Positions 59,420 through 64,000 of a stretch of 64,000 nt of DNA are shown here, piece after piece. The DNA is from an uncultured Candidatus Saccharibacteria bacterium (GTDB lineage: Bacteria > Patescibacteriota > Minisyncoccia > Phycocordibacterales > PALSA-1337): NCBI GenBank assembly GCA_964495685.1, contig CAZBVQ010000001.1:297521-361520 (forward strand), read 5' to 3'. The translations under genes and the position numbers were made by a program. The notes under the pieces are model-generated. The model was not told where the DNA came from, did no database searches, and was given only the letters and a program-made list of their open reading frames with translations. Each line of letters starts with the position of its first letter. Positions within the stretch are counted from its first letter, which is position 1.

Positions 59420-60541
59420 ATGAAGAAAATGATCCTAACCTGTTTCGTGGCCTTGTGCTGCGTTTCTGTGTTCGCGACGGCCCGTTTGGTCGTCAGCAAT
59501 GGTGGGGATGACTTCGTGCCGGCTCCTGTGAGTGCCGCGAAATCAACCCCAGGTAAGCTCGACCTCAACCCTCGGCAAATGCTCGGTAGTAACGCCATCT
59601 ACATCTCCTCGATGTGCGCGTTGACCTCGCCGAATTTGGCCCAAAGCCGTATCTATGTCATGGGTGGTCTCGCCGGCGCCAATGTGCCGACTGATCGTAC
59701 GCTGAATCCAGCCGCGTGGTACCGTGTCCCGACCTCGAGTGGTACCAACTATGGGCTGCAGTGGTTCGATTGGTGCGTCACGACGTCCAAGAGCTGGCTC
59801 GGCGGATTGGTTGACACCAACTCTGCGTCGAAGGATGAGCACGGCGGTCGCGTCGTCATCTCACCGCAAGGTGTTGGTTCGCCAAATGGATACTGGGTGC
59901 GCATTACGACGTCACTTACAAATATCGCCCCGGCGTATTTCCCGATCAGCACCAATTCTGACGGTGTGACACCTCTGCCGTTCAGTTACACATTCGTGGG
60001 TCTCAACTATGGCCCCAATGGTGTACTGGATAGTGCGTGGAGTTCTCAGTCAGCGAAGTGGGTCGCTGCCGGTGACGACACGGTCTATGATGGCAGTCAG
60101 GGGACGGTGTATCCTCACCAAGTCGCAGTGGATTTTTTCCAGCGGTTTGGTTCGAGTGTGTTCATCACTGCCAATTCAATTGGGGATTTCGTTGACGTCA
60201 TGCGGCAGTTCGCTCTGAAGCCGCACATTACATTGACGGCCGAACTTGTCACCAATGGCGTGACGGTCGCTAGCGAGACAGTTGTCGCGGCGGTACCGTC
60301 ACTTGTCATCTGGAGATTGCCGAACGGCATGATCCGCATTGAGATGATCGGTGGGCAATACAATTATCCCTACGACATCGAAACGGCGGCCGACGTTCAG
60401 GGTGCACCGTGGCTCAAAATTGACGGTCAGACGCTCTTCCTCGGTAGTCAGGGATACTTCGATGTCCCGAGCACCGACCCGATGCGATTCTATCGCCTCA
60501 AGGCACGTTCGAACGCCGTCTGGGTGCCTCCGGCCGACTGA
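59420..60541 (+). CDS. Secreted hypothetical protein with C-terminal ...PMRFYRL domain
   Basis: Signal peptide, beta-rich and TN-rich, terminal Y.IE...D.....W ... RFYR. Confidence 0.7.
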   Translation: MKKMILTCFVALCCVSVFATARLVVSNGGDDFVPAPVSAAKSTPGKLDLNPRQMLGSNAIYISSMCALTSPNLAQSRIYVMGGLAGANVPTDRTLNPAAWYRVPTSSGTNYGLQWFDWCVTTSKSWLGGLVDTNSASKDEHGGRVVISPQGVGSPNGYWVRITTSLTNIAPAYFPISTNSDGVTPLPFSYTFVGLNYGPNGVLDSAWSSQSAKWVAAGDDTVYDGSQGTVYPHQVAVDFFQRFGSSVFITANSIGDFVDVMRQFALKPHITLTAELVTNGVTVASETVVAAVPSLVIWRLPNGMIRIEMIGGQYNYPYDIETAADVQGAPWLKIDGQTLFLGSQGYFDVPSTDPMRFYRLKARSNAVWVPPAD

Positions 60542-60663
60542 ACAAGTTGGAAAATTCGACAGCCTTCCTTGCTTCGCGGCGGGAAGGCTTTTTGTTGACA
60601 AAATTAGCTTATTATGATAGCCTTTGCTCTTGTCAGATTATTATGAATATTCCAGAAATTTCA

Positions 60664-61548
60664 ATGAAAAATAACATTATATACACTCTTGTCTTGTCGG
60701 CGATCGTAGCCATGTTTGGCGGCGTTTCGTTCGTCATGGCAGAAACTCCCAACGGTCTCGATGATGCCGTAGTGCAGCCTCAACAGCCAGTAGAGAATTC
60801 GACAGCTAGTCAAAATCTCAATGGTCTTGATGACGGCGTATCCACTCCGGTTGCGCCAGTCGAGCTGGCACCATCTGATGGCGGATCATCGTTCAATCAG
60901 AACGGTGCCGACGATGTCGTACCTACGCCTAATAAACCTGCTGATACTGATCAAGACAAAGGCAACGGCGGATCTTCGAGCGGTGGCGGAAGTGGTTCTT
61001 CAAGCGGCTCATCACCACGATACCTTACTCCTGTATCTGTGTCAGTGACCGGTGCAGTATCATGCCCGCTCATTACCGACTACCTCAAGATTGGTGGTAC
61101 TAATGATCAGTCACAGGTGACCAAGCTCCAGGTCTTCCTCAAGAATGTCGAGAAACTCGATGTCGATGTGAATGGTATCTTCGATACCAAGACCGAGACC
61201 GCAGTCAAAGCTTTCCAGACCAAATATCTCTCATCAGTCCTTGGTCCGTGGAGTGCGACTCGCGCTACTGGTTTCGTCTACATCACGACATTGAAGAAGA
61301 TCAATGAGATTGCCTGTGCGACTGCGTTCGTTTTGAATGCAGATGAGCAAGCCATCATCGATGCATACAAGCAGCGTGGTGAATCTACACAGCCTTCAAT
61401 TGAGGTTACTCCTCAGACGGAGACCCCGGCAAGTACACTCGAAATTGGTTCCAATGACAACACGGATACCAGTGAGAATCTAGCCGCCGTCGGTCAATCA
61501 TCGGTCATCTCTCGTTTCTGGAATTTCATCGTTGGACTCTTCAGGTAA
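60664..61548 (+). CDS. Secreted peptidoglycan-binding domain protein
   Basis: Signal peptide, NG[LA]DD three times, Gly/Ser linker, V.KLQ.FL, NGIFD..T..AVKAFQ. Confidence 0.8.
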   Translation: MKNNIIYTLVLSAIVAMFGGVSFVMAETPNGLDDAVVQPQQPVENSTASQNLNGLDDGVSTPVAPVELAPSDGGSSFNQNGADDVVPTPNKPADTDQDKGNGGSSSGGGSGSSSGSSPRYLTPVSVSVTGAVSCPLITDYLKIGGTNDQSQVTKLQVFLKNVEKLDVDVNGIFDTKTETAVKAFQTKYLSSVLGPWSATRATGFVYITTLKKINEIACATAFVLNADEQAIIDAYKQRGESTQPSIEVTPQTETPASTLEIGSNDNTDTSENLAAVGQSSVISRFWNFIVGLFR

Positions 61549-61568
61549 TACCCTGAATCCCCTTGGTA

Positions 61569-61605
61569 CAAAAATCGCCCCACGTGTATCGAGGGGCGAT
61601 TTTTG
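61569..61605. terminator. Bidirectional terminator
   Basis: CAAAAATCGCCCC...GGGGCGATTTTTG. Confidence 0.75.
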
Positions 61606-62754
61606 CTATGCATGAAGACGTTTGGTGCCGTGTGCTTTGAGGGCACGATCTACTGGTGAATGGAATGCTCCCGCTAGAGCAATCATGAGTGCGTTGTCAC
61701 CAGAAATGTGTGACGAAGGTAGGTAGAGTCGGGCGTCGTATTCATGGGCGACGGCAGCTAGTCGTTCCCGGAGAAGGGCGTTTGCACTTACGCCGCCACC
61801 GACGATGATTGTTCGAGCACCTGTCTCTTCTACTGCTGTGCGCAGCTTGGTCTCGAGGGTTTCGATAGCGGCATCTTCGAATTCACGGGCGAGGCCTTTC
61901 TTGAATGTGTCATCGAATACTCCCGCTTTCTCGGCATCACGTACGGCGTAGAGTACGGCTGTTTTGAGTCCAGAGAAAGAGAAATTGAGATCGCCGCTCG
62001 TGATCATTGGTCGAGGCAGCTTCAGGGCAGGAATGATACCGGACTTTCGTGCTTCGGTGGCCATTTGAGACAGTTTGGGGCCACCAGGATAGGGGAGGCC
62101 GATCAGACGAGCTGCTTTGTCGAAAGCTTCTCCAACAGCATCGTCTTTTGTTTGCCCGAGTAGTGTATATGAGAACAGGTAGGGGGCATGTTCTCGAGGG
62201 TCCGAGGATTGCGACCAGCGAAGCGCCCGCAGGACCCGAGGGAATATGCTCCCTACCTGTTCTTGCTGTTTGACCTCAACTTTGACCAATTCCGTATGGC
62301 CACCACTGACCAGGAATGCCAGAGCAGGTGTCTCGAGCACTTTGAGTGTCTGCCACGTATCACTAGGAACATCTGATTGCAACAATGAGCCCACGACGTG
62401 TCCTTCCATGTGATTAATGGGGATGATAGGGACGGACCATTCTTTGGAAAGCTTTTCGGCGAAAACGATACCAGTCCACAAAGCTGGTTCGAGTCCTGGG
62501 CCTTCGGTGACGGCAATTACCCCTGGCTTTTCCTGGTGATCTTTCAGGAGCTGCTCAAGAAGAATAGGTAGATTCTTTTCGTGTTCGCGTTTGGCGAGCG
62601 TAGGGAAGACGCCTCCATAGGGACTGTGTAGGTCAGCTTGCGAATGGATAAGTGATGCCATGACCCGGCACTCGAATGAAGTGCCAGTACCACGTGTTTC
62701 TATAAGTGCGAGAGCAGTCTCGTCACAGGATGTTTCGATGCCAAGAATGATCAT
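61606..62754 (-). CDS. tsaD: tRNA N6-adenosine threonylcarbamoyltransferase
   Basis: ILGIETSCDET, GPGL, NHMEGH, VSGGHT, DDAVGEAFDK, FSFSGLKT, DNALMIA. Confidence 0.96.
   Translation of the reverse strand: MIILGIETSCDETALALIETRGTGTSFECRVMASLIHSQADLHSPYGGVFPTLAKREHEKNLPILLEQLLKDHQEKPGVIAVTEGPGLEPALWTGIVFAEKLSKEWSVPIIPINHMEGHVVGSLLQSDVPSDTWQTLKVLETPALAFLVSGGHTELVKVEVKQQEQVGSIFPRVLRALRWSQSSDPREHAPYLFSYTLLGQTKDDAVGEAFDKAARLIGLPYPGGPKLSQMATEARKSGIIPALKLPRPMITSGDLNFSFSGLKTAVLYAVRDAEKAGVFDDTFKKGLAREFEDAAIETLETKLRTAVEETGARTIIVGGGVSANALLRERLAAVAHEYDARLYLPSSHISGDNALMIALAGAFHSPVDRALKAHGTKRLHA
62172..62263. mobile_element. 92-bp palindromic element in frame within tsaD
   Basis: 22-bp IR with 2 mismatches, inner GGGTCC/GGACCC stem; about 31 extra aa after SGGHTEL. 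Confidence 0.7.
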
Positions 62755-62766
62755 GATGACGTGCTT

Positions 62767-62805
62767 GCACTGCGTAGCTTGAGCGCAGCGAGAGCGAAGC
62801 AGTGC
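62767..62805. repeat. REP-like hairpin GCACTGC-GTAGCT...AGCGAA-GCAGTGC overlapping the tRNA-Val 3' end
   Basis: Same internal motif as 462 and 49479. Confidence 0.65.
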
Positions 62806-62875
62806 GCGATACAGGATTCGAACCTGTGACCCTCCCCACGTCAAGGGGATGCTCTACCAACTGAGCTAACCGCGC
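62803..62875 (-). tRNA. tRNA-Val(GAC)
   Basis: GCGCGGT/ATCGCGC acceptor stem, TCCCC-TTGACGT-GGGGA anticodon arm, GGTTCGAATCC. Confidence 0.95.
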
Positions 62876-62985
62876 GAAATGTAACACACACAAGAACACA
62901 ATTGACGTGGTGCTACTATAGCAAAAATAGGAAAAATTGCCACCCCGACCTCTCTATTGTTTGGGGGCGTAGATGGTGTGGCGAA

Positions 62986-63996
62986 CTATTCAACCAGCTT
63001 GGTACCCATCCCTTTGACCAGCTGAATAGTGTGTGTGGTGGTATTGGCGAGATGGATACCCGTGTCATCTTGGACGATATGGAGCTCGATGACATTCCCG
63101 GTCATGACGTGTGGCGAGAAATACTGGTCGAAGAGCAGATTGCCGACTGAATAGAATACAGGTACGCCGTCGACCCATTCCTGGTCCATGATGACGTGCG
63201 GATGAGCGCCGATGATCGCATCGGCACCAGCGGTCATGAATGCGCGAGCTTGTGATTTCATACGATCAGAAGAGGTGGCGATGTATTCTTCTCCCCAGTG
63301 AGGTACGACGATGACGAATGTATCTGGTGTGGCCACACGTCTGATCTCACTCAGGACACGCTCGAATCCTGGCTGGAATGCGTGATAGCCGACGAATGCG
63401 ACACGGATACCATTCTTGCTCATGATCGTCGCTAGAGGCGTCTGACCGATCGAATTGATACGACTCATTTTGGTCGATGTGCTGTTCCACGGGTTGCCGA
63501 ACCAGGCGACGCCGGCGTCCTCGAGCCAATCTTGTGTCTCCATGGTGCCGAGATAGCCGAAATTGTCTGCGTGATTATTGGCCTGGCTGACGATGGTTAT
63601 ACCGCTATCTTTGAGTGTGGTACGTACTCGTGGTGGGAAGGTGAATGTGAGGTTGTCGGTGACTATCTTGCCACCAACGAGAGTTTTCGATGGATATGAA
63701 GTGATGGGGCCCTCGAGGTTGGCGGCGACTATGTCTGCGCGCTTGAATAAGGTCACGAGATTGTTGTCGAACAGTGAGTCGTACCCATTCTTGTCACCGA
63801 GTGCACGGATGCCGCGGTCGAACATGATGTCACCACCGACGAGCACGGTCAGTTCGTGGGTTGATTTCACCTGTGCAGGGACTGCTGGATTGACTATGTT
63901 CGCGCTCAAGGTCAGAGCTTTCTGGTCAGTAGTGGTTTCTACGGTGATTACGGATGGTCTCATGGCTTCGATGCCACGGGTCACCAGGAATGCCAC
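62986..63996 (-). CDS. CapA family (PGA_cap) metallophosphoesterase; 5' end probably outside the window
   Basis: GDIMFDR, NLEGP, ANNH..N.G, HWG.EY, GAHPHV, YS.GN..FDQ. Confidence 0.9.
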   Translation of the reverse strand: MAFLVTRGIEAMRPSVITVETTTDQKALTLSANIVNPAVPAQVKSTHELTVLVGGDIMFDRGIRALGDKNGYDSLFDNNLVTLFKRADIVAANLEGPITSYPSKTLVGGKIVTDNLTFTFPPRVRTTLKDSGITIVSQANNHADNFGYLGTMETQDWLEDAGVAWFGNPWNSTSTKMSRINSIGQTPLATIMSKNGIRVAFVGYHAFQPGFERVLSEIRRVATPDTFVIVVPHWGEEYIATSSDRMKSQARAFMTAGADAIIGAHPHVIMDQEWVDGVPVFYSVGNLLFDQYFSPHVMTGNVIELHIVQDDTGIHLANTTTHTIQLVKGMGTKLVE

Positions 63997-64000
63997 ACCC

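Noticed and set aside
62755-62844. N-terminal extension of TsaD
   Set aside because: Overlaps tRNA-Val and a hairpin repeat; the conserved start is MIILGIETS

Overview
64-kb chromosomal segment of a Patescibacteria (CPR) bacterium, most likely Parcubacteria/OD1. Supporting signs are the absent rpmD/L30, short IF2, no Shine-Dalgarno motifs before housekeeping genes, many orphan genes and standard use of TGA as stop. Core content: dnaE, rnhB, rbfA-infB, lepB, pth, rpsA, gyrA, a tuf-S10-spc ribosomal cluster running into secY-rpsB-tsf, a fused PheRS, gyrB, hsp20, prsW, tsaD and five tRNAs (Gly, Leu, Cys, Thr, Val). No rRNA, CRISPR, integrase or transposase is visible. Most notable observations: (1) an AT-rich cassette (13.5-17.5 kb) joining an AdoMet-decarboxylase-family enzyme and a membrane-anchored GNAT-like enzyme to a 7TM histidine kinase and a divergent kinase-less 7TM paralogue, a candidate signal-synthase/receptor (quorum-sensing-like) system whose composition breakpoints fall inside both receptor genes; (2) 92-123-bp palindromic elements inserted in frame in dnaE, gyrB and tsaD plus a free intergenic copy, together with two shorter hairpin families (a 19-21-bp palindrome, one copy inside dnaE, and GWAGCT...AGCGWA hairpins overlapping tRNA ends); (3) an EF-Tu whose switch-I region looks Planctomycetota/Verrucomicrobiota-type, plus a secreted protein with a Verrucomicrobiota-like C-terminus, hinting at a host; (4) pyrC-pyrD inserted antisense into the spc operon; (5) a 6S-like ncRNA candidate, many apparently leaderless genes and a Kozak-like ACYACC-ATG start context. 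All family assignments come from motif recognition by eye; no database searches were run.
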